Positions 50,216 through 62,826 are shown, numbered from the stretch's first letter. The stretch: 64,000 bases of DNA from Macrostomum lignano (GCA_002269645.1 NIVC01003724.1:1-64000); one strand, 5' to 3'. Translations and numbers: made by a program. Notes: generated from the sequence alone by a model not told the origin.

Positions 50216-50416
50216 ACAGAATCGCCCTCTCCCTACAGAATCGCCCTCTCCCACAGAATCGCCCTCTCCCACAGAATCGCCCTCTCCCACAGAATCGCCC
50301 TCTTCTAGGCAATCGCCCTCCTAAAGAATCGCCCTCTCCTACAGAATCGCCCTCTTCTACGCAATCGCCCTCCTAAAGAATCGCCCTCCCTACAGAATCG
50401 CCTTTTTCTACAGAAT
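50216..50416. repeat. 20-21 bp minisatellite ACAGAATCGCCCTCTCCC in Ataxin-2 intron 3
   Basis: Direct reading. Confidence 0.85.
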
Positions 50417-50483
50417 CTTGGATAATCGCAAAAATCCGAAGCATGGCTCCACTCCAGCAGTCCGCCTCCTACGCACCCCGCAG

Positions 50484-52694
50484 ATGTTCGAATTCGACGA
50501 GAAGCCCGTCGCCGAGAACCTATCAGGTTTGGAGTCGGCCACCTTCAAATCGGCCAAAAGCGGCGGCCCGTTATTCGATCCGCACGAGATGTTCAAACGA
50601 AACGAGACCCTGATGGGGCCGTCCAGCTTCCAGGACCACCTGCCGGAGTACACCACGCCGCTGGTGCGCACCAACGACCCGGATTGGCAGCGTCGCGAGG
50701 AGCGGGCGACTCAATTGGCTCGCGAGATCGAGGGCAACAGAGACTACAGGGACAATATCTGTAGGGAGAGTCGCGACGACATGGACGAGGAGATGCGATA
50801 TTCAGCCGTGCACAGGCCCGGACAGGACGCTCCTGCTGCTCGGCCGGCCAAGTCCAAGCTGGACACCCCGCCGCCGGCCAGGACTCCGCCTATCCAGCAG
50901 CAGCAGCAATCAGCAGCTCCAGCAACCACAGCCGCCACCACGGCAGCGACACCTGCGCCAACCTCAGCGGCTCCTACAGGTTCTGGACAGCCACCGCCTC
51001 GCGATCAGTCTAAGTACTGCCCGCCTAACCGCAGGCCCAATCAGCAGCAGGTGCCTCCGCCATCGGCTGTTGCCGTGCCCCCAGCCATGATGCAGCAGCC
51101 GGCGGTGGCCGCCGCCGTTCTGCAGCCTCCGCCGCCTCTGCCCCAGTCGGCTATGATCCCGTCTGTGATGCAGCAACCACCGCCTCCGCAGCACGCTATG
51201 CTGCACCAGCCGCCGCCGCCCATGCCTGCCGGTATGCCGCCGCCAAATATGGTTGGCAACGGCGGCGTTAGGACGGCAGTGGAGCCGCTAATGCAACAGC
51301 AGGTGACTCCGCCGCCGGCCATCTTGGCTAAGCAGCAGCAGCAGCTTCAACAGCAGCAGCAGCAGCGGCCTGTGCCAGGCGGCTCTCGAACACCGTCACG
51401 CCAGATGAGCCAGCAGTCGCCTGAGCCGCAGCAGCAGCCGCAGCAGCAGTCGGCTCCGCCAGCGACCTCAGCTGAATCTGGCGCGTCCGCCTCGGGTTCG
51501 AATTCGTCCAGCTCAACAAAGCAGGGCCTGAATGTATTCGCTGAAGAGTTCGTGCCGACTGCTCCGTCCGCTGCTCAGCCGGCCGCCGCTTCGCGCGCGA
51601 ATCCGCAGCCTCAGCCGCCTCCGCCGCCGCCGCCAGCGCCGCCGCCTCCGCCAACGTCGCAGCTGCCGCCCAATATTCAAGCGCTGCCAACTCATTCGGC
51701 CTCGCAGGCTCCGGCAATGGCAGCCAACATGCCGCCAAGCTTTATGCAGCCGCCGATGCCAACTTCCTCAGTTAGCATCTACAGCAGCTACGCTGGCGGC
51801 CGGCCCATCCCGGCTCAGCAGCCCGCAGCCGCCGCTGCGCAACAGCATCAGTTTATGCAGCTGTCCTCCGGCTATCAGCAGCCTGGCTACATGCCCTTCC
51901 AGCCAATCATGCATCCCGGCGCTGTCGGCTACGCGCCGCACGCCTACGCGCCTCCGCCGCAGATGCCGCCAATGCAGCAGCAGCAGCAGCCTCCGCAGCA
52001 CCAGCATCAGCACTCGCAGCCGCATCATCATCAGCAGCAGCAACAACAACAGCAGCAGCAGCAGCAGCAAGCGGGTCAGCAGAAGCCAAACCAGTCTGCC
52101 CCGCCTTCACAGTACGGCCAGCAGCAGCAGCCGGGTGGCGGCGGCGGCGGCGGCGCTGGCGGATCTCAACAGCAGCAGCAATCGGCTGTCGCCGCCGCTG
52201 CCGCCGCTGCAGCCGCAGCCAATCCGCCCATGCGTCTGCATGTGACGAACGCTCCTGGCCAGATTCTGATGCCTTCAGGCTACCCCAGTCACTACATGCT
52301 GCAGCCGCCGCCGCCTCAGCAGCAGCAGCAGCAACAGCAACAACCGCCGCATTCGCAGCATCAACAGCACCAACAGCAGCGGTCTTCGCAGCAGCAACAG
52401 CAGCAGCAGCAACAACAGCAGCAACAACATCAACAAGCGGCTGCCGCTGCTGCCGCCGCCGCAGCAGCCGCCGGCGCCCCCGGCATGACAACGGCTCCGA
52501 TGATGCCGCTAGCGGCTCAGTACTTCCACCCGCAGTCGGTGCAGTCTGTGCAGTACTATACACTGCAGCCTCACCCGCAGCAGGTGCCGCAGGCTGCCGT
52601 GGCTTTGCAATACCCGCCAATGCCGCCAGGGCCGTCGGCCGCAGCCTATCCGCCTATCTATCACCAGCCGTATTATCCGCAGGCGGCGCCCTGA
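50484..52694 (+). CDS. ATXN2: Ataxin-2, exon 4 (LsmAD, PAM2, Q/P-rich tail)
   Basis: Phase-0 acceptor ccccgcag|ATG; FDPHEMFKRNE...YTTPL...REERATQLAREIE...DEEMRYSAVHR is LsmAD; LNVFAEEFVP is PAM2; the spliced CDS is 1000 aa. Confidence 0.92.
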   Translation: MFEFDEKPVAENLSGLESATFKSAKSGGPLFDPHEMFKRNETLMGPSSFQDHLPEYTTPLVRTNDPDWQRREERATQLAREIEGNRDYRDNICRESRDDMDEEMRYSAVHRPGQDAPAARPAKSKLDTPPPARTPPIQQQQQSAAPATTAATTAATPAPTSAAPTGSGQPPPRDQSKYCPPNRRPNQQQVPPPSAVAVPPAMMQQPAVAAAVLQPPPPLPQSAMIPSVMQQPPPPQHAMLHQPPPPMPAGMPPPNMVGNGGVRTAVEPLMQQQVTPPPAILAKQQQQLQQQQQQRPVPGGSRTPSRQMSQQSPEPQQQPQQQSAPPATSAESGASASGSNSSSSTKQGLNVFAEEFVPTAPSAAQPAAASRANPQPQPPPPPPPAPPPPPTSQLPPNIQALPTHSASQAPAMAANMPPSFMQPPMPTSSVSIYSSYAGGRPIPAQQPAAAAAQQHQFMQLSSGYQQPGYMPFQPIMHPGAVGYAPHAYAPPPQMPPMQQQQQPPQHQHQHSQPHHHQQQQQQQQQQQQQAGQQKPNQSAPPSQYGQQQQPGGGGGGGAGGSQQQQQSAVAAAAAAAAAANPPMRLHVTNAPGQILMPSGYPSHYMLQPPPPQQQQQQQQQPPHSQHQQHQQQRSSQQQQQQQQQQQQQHQQAAAAAAAAAAAAGAPGMTTAPMMPLAAQYFHPQSVQSVQYYTLQPHPQQVPQAAVALQYPPMPPGPSAAAYPPIYHQPYYPQAAP

Positions 52695-55600
52695 GTAGCC
52701 AATCGGGTCTGAACAGGCCCCGATCGGCTACTTTAGTGACTTGCGGCACAGTGAGCGGACATATTAATGCTGCATATTATATTATTTAGAGAGAGTGATG
52801 ACGCGCAAACAGAACACCTGTGCAGTCCGGACCGTTTAGCAGATATAATCCTATTTAAGAAAAGTCACCTTTTCTCGAATCCAATTCTTATTAAGGGGCG
52901 GGAGGGTCGAGGAATAATTTATTCGCAGCGCACACTGAAGTATTGGCCACTTCGGATTCTAAGCCGGATTTTACCTACCCTGCATGTACTTTTGTGTGTG
53001 CGCGATTGATCAATTGGGCAATAGCGTGTTCCTGCTAATATGGCTTTGTGTTTTTTTTCTCTTTTACACACAGTTTTTGCCCGAGACCTTCCTTTGGTGT
53101 GTTCTCTAAGACCGCTTTTTGATTTTAACAAAATTGATTTCGTCAGTCAGTCTCAGTCAGCTAATGTCCACAGCAGTTGGCCGCATATCCTTCTGTGCTT
53201 CTTTTAAATTCCGATTCTTCATCCACTCTTATTCCCCAAATATTCGAATCCCAGATTATCCCGATCCCTTCAGTGCCCAGATAGCAGATCTGAAAATTGT
53301 ACTAGCTTAATTGTATAGCATTGAATTTGTGCAAGCATTCGTCAGTTTTTTGTTCTCTCTTCCCCTCCCATTGTCTCTTCTGCTTCTGTAATGCAATCCG
53401 TCTGAGTCCATTCTTAGTCTCCCACACAGCAAGCGGAATTCGATCACGTGGCCCAGGCCCGCCCAAGACGTCTGCAGAACTCTGTGTTATAAAAACAAAC
53501 ATCGTTGTTGTTGTAGTACTATTTAGTAGTATATATAGTAGATAGGAGTATGTGTAGTTTTCTTAACAAAAACTTTAAGAATGTCTATATAAGAATCAGT
53601 TCGTGTCTTTTTTAAAATTCTGTTATTAAAAATTGACTTTCGGAGAGCACGCGATCTGCAGCGCTGCTCGCTCGGTTATCGTTTTCCGTCTGCTCCCCCC
53701 GCCCGCTAGAACGGTAGAGTTTCGTAAACTAGTAGCGTCGTAACTTTAATTAAGGGATTTTTATTTGCAAAGAACTTTATTAATATTGTTGCATACCTGT
53801 GGCATAATTCTGGCTTGCAAGCATAGTAGATCTGAGGCGATATAGAGAGATGTATAACACAAGCTACTGCTGTCTGTTGCTGCAGCGGCTGCCGAGACTT
53901 CCAAGTCTTATCCACCTGTTGCGCAAGTAGGCAAGTCTGGTTTTTCTTGTAGTTTATTCTAGCTAATAAATAACAATACGAGGAAGCAAAACAAGCTTAA
54001 AATAATTTAAGAACGAATTTCACACTGCAATTAAATTTAGGCGAATTCGTTTGCTTTTATGCTTCGTGTTTTTTTTTTTCAATTTAATTTGTCAGATCAT
54101 GATTCTACACTACAGCAGCGTATTGGACTCAGAAAAGAAAGAAAACAAACGCCTATATATATTCTCTACTTAAAGTAGGCTAAATAGACTTCTACAATAT
54201 ATTTGAAAGTTTAATGTAGTTTTAAAATACAAACCGCCGAAATTTACCAAGATTGAAGTGAAGACAATTTTTTTTCTATTTTAAGTTTAGTTCTGAAAAA
54301 ACGAAACGGGTTCAGTTTGCATGTACAGTTGTGGTATTGGAAGCGTCTTAGATTGTTCAAATCACTGTTAGCATGGGCCTAAACCCACTGTAAATTGATT
54401 TGATCAATCTTGAACCCGCGGAGCTACTAGCGATAATGGGAACCCAGCCTTAAATGTGTTTTTGGCAGCTCTTCATTATAGATTATCCTAATTAGAATGC
54501 AATTCCTTATCAGTCAGTAATTGCTCGGGCGCTAATTGCAAAATGGAGCCGTGTAATGTTTCAGAGACGTGTGAGAGTTTCGGCTCACGTGTTATTGCAT
54601 TAATCGCTAACGCTATAAGGTCATAGATGAGATAAAGAATTGTAAAGGTTAATTGGCAATTATAGTTAAGCAATGCATTGCTTTAATTTCTTTAGAGTTT
54701 ATGGTCCATGTTTTTAAAGTGCACTTTTTCGGAGGTTACTTAATAGTACAAGATTTGTCTGGTTTCATTTCGCGGGTGGTGAAAGCGTTCTAGTAAAAAT
54801 AAATGATAATTAAACATGATTTTGCTTTACGGTACTTCGAAGTACGCAGGGATAAATTACATGCCAATCGGACTGGTAGAAATTAAAATCAACATGAAAA
54901 TTACATGTAAGCTTTATTTTTTGTACGACAAACAAAACAATAAACGCAACTTGTTTTCATACATGTACGATTTCGCTTGCCAAATCTGATTAATCATTTT
55001 TCTAAGCTCGACAGCATGTACTTTTAGGGCAATCAGAACTCAGAAGACGCAATTAAAAAAAACATTTTTGATTAATAAAAGAAGATTTTAAAGCAAATAA
55101 CGCATGCCAGCAAGATCTGCAGTACATGTAAGAAGTTGAATATTTTGTCCTGACTATAATTAATACATTAACTCAGACTTCCGTCTACATTGACGATTGA
55201 GATTTCACAGCTCTCCTCGCTTTCAATTCCTGAAATCGGCTCTCCGAATTTAAGAGATAATTTCAAGAATTTCTTAACTGCCAATACCAGGTGCGGGTAC
55301 ATGTACAAATTAACATCTAAAACCGCATTCAATTCGAGCACTGGGCAGTGGGCATAGCAAGGGAGCTATAGCCCTTGAAACTAATTGAAAATAAGCTTTG
55401 CACGCAGACGAATGAAGGCCATTTAAGTTGGCCTTCAAGAAGTCTCTTTCAAAGCTACTTCTGCCTATCGTTAAGGACTATAGCTCCTGCACCTAGTGAT
55501 AGAGTCGAATGCGGTTTTTGACAGATCATCAAATTACTGATGTTTGACTTTCAGTACACAGCGAAGCCTAGAGATCAGGGCGTGCTTGAGTGCCGAGTGT

Positions 55601-55715
55601 CAAAATGGTAAGCTGCTATCGGACACCCATTATACGATTCTGCTGACTGTTCACGGGCATGCAGTATTTTGTTCAACATTATAGAATAGTTCAAACAAAA
55701 CTGCCTGATTTTGAA

Positions 55716-56477
55716 TCAAACGGCTTGCGCCCGACCGCAGCTGTTCTCGTAGGCCACGAGCATCAGGTCGGTGAAGCGGCACAGCTTGTGCTGCATCTCC
55801 AGCGGCTCCCCGGATGCGGCGCCAGCAGAGTCCGACTGCAGCGATTGCTCGTCGCCAGACGAAGCCGACGAGGCGGCGTCGACGTCGCGGTCCTCGATTC
55901 GCGTCAGCGTGTCGCTCTCGCCGCCGCCGCCAAAAATGATGGTGGGCAGGCGTCCACCGTTCACCAGGCCGAGATGTCGGGAGGCTTCCATGGTTTCGAA
56001 CACCGACTTAGCCGTGGTGGCAGGCGGCGCGCGGTCGTCGATGACCAGGCAGAAGGCTTTGCCGACATTTTTGGCCACCTCGAGATGCCGGCACAGCAAG
56101 TTAATGCTGATCTTGGTCACGCCCAGCTTGATCAGATTCAGCTCCAGGCGGGTTAGCTCTCGCTGCACCGAGTCGGCGACTGTCTTGCAGTCGAGGATGG
56201 CGCCGAAGATGCCCAGCTGGCCGAGGATGGCGCCGAAATCTACGTCATCAGCGGCGTCTTTCCTGAGCAGGCTGGCCCGCGGCAGCACTAGCGGGTGGAA
56301 GCCGGCCGCCTCAATAGCCGCTAGCAGGCTCTGCAAGCTGTCCGTGTCGCGAATTCTGCTCCATAGCAGCTCCCGATCGCCGGTGACATTGGCTGCAGAT
56401 GCGCTGCTGCTAGTGCTGTGAGTGCGAGAGCCGCAAGCCGGCCGAGATAATGAACTACTTCTAGTTCTAGGTAGCAT
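55716..56477 (-). CDS. Uncharacterised 253-aa protein, no intron evident
   Basis: GC-rich ATG-initiated ORF with globular-looking core and acidic Ser-rich tail; no family recognised. Confidence 0.65.
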   Translation of the reverse strand: MLPRTRSSSLSRPACGSRTHSTSSSASAANVTGDRELLWSRIRDTDSLQSLLAAIEAAGFHPLVLPRASLLRKDAADDVDFGAILGQLGIFGAILDCKTVADSVQRELTRLELNLIKLGVTKISINLLCRHLEVAKNVGKAFCLVIDDRAPPATTAKSVFETMEASRHLGLVNGGRLPTIIFGGGGESDTLTRIEDRDVDAASSASSGDEQSLQSDSAGAASGEPLEMQHKLCRFTDLMLVAYENSCGRAQAV

Positions 56478-59305
56478 ATTAGACGCTCCAAACAGAATCA
56501 GATAGACTCAGTTAATTTAGAATTGCTTGGGAATTTGAATAAGCCGAAATGCTTACTGCTTAGTTAGTGGTAGATTGCGCCCACGGGTTCATATTTTTAT
56601 CTTATTTTTGACTGTTTTGACCTTGGGGGGGAGGGCGCCACAGAACTATGACTGTCGGACTCTGTGTTCATGAGGTGAAGCCGTGGCCCGCGCTGGAGAA
56701 CCTCCATTTGACCTTGGCGCCGATCCTTTTCATTGGCTGACAGCGGGGGATCCCGGGTTGCCCGCACGGCATGGATGACTGATCGGTCGTGTGGCTGCAA
56801 AGATGAAGTCCAGTGGTAATTTCCACTCGCCTCAAGGAGCGAATTAAAAATAGCCGTCCGTCTGCCCGTCTGCGTGCTGCGTACTCCATGCCCTTACACT
56901 GAGGCTGGTTCGTACGCCTAAAAACAAGTGCACCAGCCTCAGCCAGTCAAGTAAAAAACTCTAGCTGTTTTGTTATGTTATTTTTTCCAGTTTTCCAGTT
57001 TGCGTTTTTTGAAAGTCACGTTAGTGAACGCATTAAATGGCTTAACAAAAGATAGCCCCTCGTGATGACGAACTGCTTGTTTGGTATTTTTAACTTGGAA
57101 AATTTCGAGATTCATAGAGAGTTGTTTACACAAGTAGGCAACTACCTGCCTCTCTCGAACGTTGCTATCGAGCACACCGCATTGTTTCTATTTTTAGAGG
57201 CTTGCAAGCAATCTGCGCCACCCCCGTTTGGAGAGGCAACAAAGAGAGAGATTAAAATTAAACTTCATACATGCAGTTTTTTGACCTTGTACAGTCACTA
57301 TTGTTAGCTTCTTAAGAAAACTCAAAAAAGATGTTTTACAGCAAAACCATCAGGTCTGAAAGCCTGCCAACTATCTAGCCTAACAGCTCAGCTGCACCAG
57401 CCTTTGAGCATCAAAACTCATGGCTTAACCCTGACTCTCCCTTTAATGATGATTGGCCTTCCAACAACTCCCAATTGATACTTGGCATATCAACCCCCCC
57501 CCTCCTTGATCCACAGCAGTTCAGCAATCTACTACTGAGCCTTGACATCTTAGCGATTTCCACATGAGCCTTGACATCTTATAGGGATTCCCCTATAAGT
57601 CTTGAAAAGATCCCTCCATGAGCCACAGCGTTTCAGCCAGCAATCTCTCCATGAGCTTTTGGTGTCTCAGCTCAGCAATTTCCCTGTAAGCCTTGAAATC
57701 TTAGCAAATTCCCTATGAGCCACAGCATTTCAGCGATTCTCTTCCTAACAGCTCAGCCTTAGGACCTAAGGATTCATTTTGATGATTGAACTTTTGAGAA
57801 AGAACAAAGCTTTCGATTTCGCGTGCAATTTATGTACAGTAAATTTATGTTCAGTAATAGCTCGTCACACGTCTCTGCGTGCATGTGAAGTTGTCCTATA
57901 CTCGTAGTACTTAAGCAATGGCGTTCATGATCTCATGCAACAAGGACTTGAGATAAGCTGAAATTAGGTAACCTTTGTTTATCAGAACGCATATATATAT
58001 GTTGGCTGGGTTTGCGCGAAGTGCTACGTACGCTGACGCTGAACGATATGGAAACAATTATTTCATGTATTACTTTTTGCCACAAAATGGCGATATAGTT
58101 TTATTTGAAGCAGATCAAGAGCTCATGCATATTGACCTTTAGTATAACAGATGCGCATGTACATCTGCATCTACGTGGCTTGTCTGTACGTTGTAGCTCG
58201 ATCGATCGGCCGTAGTTTATGTTACTGATCGCAAAACAAGCCCCAGGTTTCAATTAGAAACAGATTTCCTGTCAGCTGTGTGTGTACGATACCGTAGTAG
58301 TATACATGTACATATGAACGAGCGTATATGTACGCGTACAAACATGTATAAGGGGGAGTGACGGAGTGTCGCCCCTTCCTAAGGCAGAGACCCGAAAAAA
58401 ATCAAGGGGGGCAAGCGAATTTTCGCCAACAACATGGAGAGTCGGACCCCCCCAGATTTGCTCTGTTTATTGCAATAAAAATCTAGTTTTTTGGCATTGC
58501 TTTGAAATTTTAAGTTAATCCCTTCAATTTGAGTATATCAGATTATATAACCAATACAAAAAATCTTCTCTTGTGCCGGCCCAACTGACAGACAGTTGGA
58601 TGCACGAGGTCTACGAGAAACGTAATCAGCTGCCAAAAATGCAACAAATTACTACTCAAGATGAAGCATAAAGGCATTATGGTTAAAAACAAGTAAATAG
58701 TAAACAAACATTTAGGTTTTATTTTATATCGATTTTTACGCAAGTTATATTTGCTTTACTTAAGAAACTATTAGTTCTCGGAAATTTTGACAAAATTTCA
58801 GATCTGTAACTTTTTTAGAATTAATAACCTCCTACTACTGCGCTGTGCTAGAAATAGAGAAACAGGGAAATTATTTTATTCAAATTTCGGTTGTTTTTTG
58901 TGCGAGTTGTTTAAACACTGCTTTAGTGCCTAAAAACCATTTAATTATGTAGAGCTCTCTCCAATCTAAATGATAGGCCTATGTAGCTATCGCTATGCAT
59001 CAGCACAAATTGGTTCAAATTTGGAGCCTAAAATGCAAAATACATGTAAACTTGAAAGCTTCCATTGAAAGTGGAAAATATTGTACAATTTTTTTAGATA
59101 TAAACCAATGGTGGTTCTTCTTCCTATGGTATTCAAGCAAGAGGTATAGGGGCCTATACAATCTCATGCCGCATGGCTAGCTTTTCTTGCAATGCCATGC
59201 CACTAATGCCAATGGCAGTGATGGCACTGGGTAGGCCCCCCTAAATAGCAGGAATATATTCCACATGGCAAAATCATAGTAGATTGCCATGATGGTGGAA
59301 ATGGG

Positions 59306-59645
59306 TTATAGTCATTTTGGCAAAAAGACCTTTTGGCAAAGGGCATTTTGGAGAAAGTTAGATATGAAGTCACTTTGGTGAAGGGGTAAATGAATGGCAA
59401 TGACGGGACCTCATAAATCATTAACTGACCAAATTAATTACTGAATTAGGCCTAGGCCTACAATTTGTGACAATGGTATTGTATATGATAGTAGGCCCCC
59501 TATGTTTAAACTTTAAATTTAAATTCTTGATTTTAAATTCTAATATTATTAAATCAGTTCAATCGGCTTTTGCCAAAATGACTTTCACCAAAATGAGTTT
59601 TGCCGAAGTGGCTTTTGCCAATATGTCTTTTCACCAATGTGACCT
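59306..59645. mobile_element. Degenerate foldback element with about 15-bp subterminal arrays
   Basis: GTCATTTTGGCAAAAAG-type units on the left and TTTTGCCAAAATGAC-type units on the right. Confidence 0.5.
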
Positions 59646-62292
59646 ATACCTATAGATATCAACTGCTTTGGCACATTATATGCATAGAGCACCTTTAGGA
59701 GCACAGACCTAATAACCAAGTCAAATGTCTTCTTGAAATCTATGAAGATACCAATCTAGATCAACTGGTATATCCTCACTTTTTCAATGACTCATTAAAG
59801 AGCCAGGATCTGTCTATGTCACTATGCCATAGTGGGGACAGAAGCTGTTCTACTTAGGATGCAACTAGATCCAATACTGATTGCAACTGCAATAATAATA
59901 TCTAGTTGAACAAATTTTCAGCACAGGACTAAAGGTAGATACCTTAATGCTCCTCGAGTCAAGACTCAAGCCTTATGGTGCTAGTGCCTAGCTTCTTAAG
60001 AACTATGACAATGTGTGCTATGGTCTATTCGTTGGGTGCTTCCTTATCAATGAGCATTCAATTTATCATTCTAGTAACCTTAGACCTACTAGCCATATAA
60101 TGGATAGGCCTACATAGTGCCTCAATAGGCACCTTGTTTAGACCTAGTGTAGTGCTTTCTTACCCAGTATACCTCTAATATATATAATTGCATATTTATA
60201 TTTCACTTATTATCTTTGGCATCATTTAGCAAGCATAGATCACTAGCTAAATAATCCTTTTTTAAGTTATATAATTACGAGTATAAATTCCTTGCCATTT
60301 AAGATTTAACTTATCAAACAAAAAAATAAACTTTTGACTTATAATGTCTTACTTCTAACTTGTTGATAGCAAATACCTAATATTTTGATAATGCTTTCCT
60401 TCCAATTTTTTATTAGGATAGAGGGCCTAAGCAAGCAGTATCTCTATCCTATAGCTAATAAGATCTAGAAGGTTGATGACCTAATACGAGCATATATTAT
60501 CATCTCTAGGTTTTTTAAGGTTGGAAATCCAGTTGCCAGCTGGCCTTTGGGCTCAAAATCTAGTTGCCAATGGCTATTTTTGGTTGCCCATTGGCAACTA
60601 GGCCCCTAGCCAAATTCTTGAGGATGAATATTTCTAAGGCTCATTAAACATATATGCACTGTATAATTGCGGGGAATGAGACTGCCTGGGACTTGTTATA
60701 AATATAAATATCCTTTATACCCATAACTCAAAAATTATATATTTCAGACCAAGCATAGGCACAGCCTCTGGATTGACAAATTCATCAACCATAATTTAAA
60801 CTTAACACTAAATTTTGAGGAACATGTACATGTTATACTAACAAAACAATAACAAGCTAATAATTCCATCATATCATATCAATTCATGTTACCCTTTTAT
60901 TACACTTACAAAAACAATTTTTGAAATTGGCAACTGGCACATAAAATGAAGTTGCTAGATTGGCCTCTGATGCCTAAAATCCAGTTGCCAATGAGGTTTT
61001 TGAAGGGGCCAAAAAAACCTGTATGGCCCAAAAAACCCAGATCATCCTATGTATCCTCTATCTTAACTTGTTGATAAATATACTTTTAGGGTTGTATTTA
61101 GCTTAGGATCTATGGGGCTATGGCCTCAAGCTCCATGGCCTTGACCTCTATTGCTTTTATATTTACAACTTCTACTATTTCTATAGCCATGATTTTTACA
61201 ACCTTATCCACAATAGTCATGTCTAAGCCAAGCCAATATAGCTGCAGGTATCTCAGCACCTTAGAAGATAGCAATAGCAATCAGATAGTGTTATAGATAG
61301 TACCTATAATGCTATAGTATGAATCTAATGCAGCTTTTTGCATAGTGGTATGTATAGGGCCTACTATATATGGCTTATTGAGCAAGAGCAGTTAGCTTGC
61401 ACAGTTGTTGACATAGCTGAGACATACTATATTAGATGCCAGCCTTGGACATAAGTAGCTAGTTTGCTTTTTTATATGGCAGATTAATCTTTGCATAGTA
61501 GTAGGGTTAAAATATAATTGCAAAAATATATTTTTAAGTTCTAATAATATAGTAATCATAGGTTTAAAATTTAGATAGAGTCATTCAATGTACATTTATG
61601 AATGCATTAATAGTAGAGTTAACTTGGAAGGTAGGCCTACAAACACCTTGACTAAGAATATTATACTTTGAGGTACCATTATGATGAGCCTTGTAAGCCT
61701 GACTCTTCTGTAGCTATTAGGCTTTTTTCTACTCCTTAACCTTTGTAAATAGTTTGTATTTGACAGGGTCAGGCATATGCTCCAATGCACTAAGAGGCAG
61801 GCCCATGTGTTCTGGCAATGCATGCACCCTTATAGTACCACCATGTAGGTCAACACTATCAACAGACTAGTCCTTTTTTCAATGTTTTTATAAGCTCAAG
61901 TCTTATTTTTAGTAAATTTCACTATTTATATAGTCTACTAGCTCATTTTAGCTATTATTTATTATTTTATATTGGCAATTTAATGGTAAGACTATCTAGT
62001 AATATTAAAAAAGTAGCCATTTGGTAGTGAACATTAACCAAAAATAGAGACTTATAAAAAGGCTAAGAATAAAATTTGAATGCTATAAAACTTAGTTGTT
62101 TGACTTATAATTAAATATACTTAAGCTATAAAGTTTTTAATTTGTTATTTGTCATTTATAGTATTGGCCCTTTATACATATTGGAATATATTTTGCTACT
62201 ATCTTATTTTATGGCTGATGCATGCCAATTTTTCAGAGTTGCCTAAGAATAAATATCAATCTCTATATTCATGCACTGAATCCACTGATGCA

Positions 62293-62464
62293 CATGCTTG
62301 GGCGCAACCTTGGGATTCACCCGGCCGTTTCTATTGGCAACACACACATGTAAGTCGCTATTGGCTGAGAGCAGTCACGTGACTACTGTTCTGTCCAATA
62401 GCGACTTACATGTGTGTGTTGCCAATAGAAACGGCCGAGTGAATCCCAAAGTTGCGCATGTATG
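62293..62464. mobile_element. Palindromic hAT-type MITE sharing the CATACATGCGCAAC terminus
   Basis: 63-bp arms (62302-62364 / 62395-62457) with 2 mismatches; 8-bp TSD CTGATGCA. Confidence 0.85.
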
Positions 62465-62826
62465 CTGATGCATAATGAGCCATTGTGCACAAGATATAAA
62501 ATTATCTGATGCAACTTTATTCATAGAACAAAGTATATTACTATTTTGCATTAACTTTTACTCTATTTATTAAACATACATTTCTTATTCACAAATTTTG
62601 ATTGATTCATTGTTAAAGAATTGCTAAGCATATTGGTTTCTAGCAAAAGTCTAAGTAGAATTTTAAAAATAATTTATTTTCATATAGTTTTTAGTCCTTA
62701 TTTACTTGTTGAAATCAAGTGTTTCTGAACTCTCCTAATCTCATGTGTTGCCAGCTGGAATCGCACCGCTTATATATTATATCTAGGATATAAAATATAA
62801 GTGATCCATCTCAGCTCTGCACAACA

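Noticed and set aside
50744-52620. Antisense and alternate-frame ORFs over Ataxin-2, and similar ones over other GC-rich exons
   Set aside because: Expected shadows of GC-rich, CAG/GCC-repeat coding sequence.
57060-57360. C/D box snoRNA starting at GTGATGA
   Set aside because: No D box at a suitable distance and no terminal stem.
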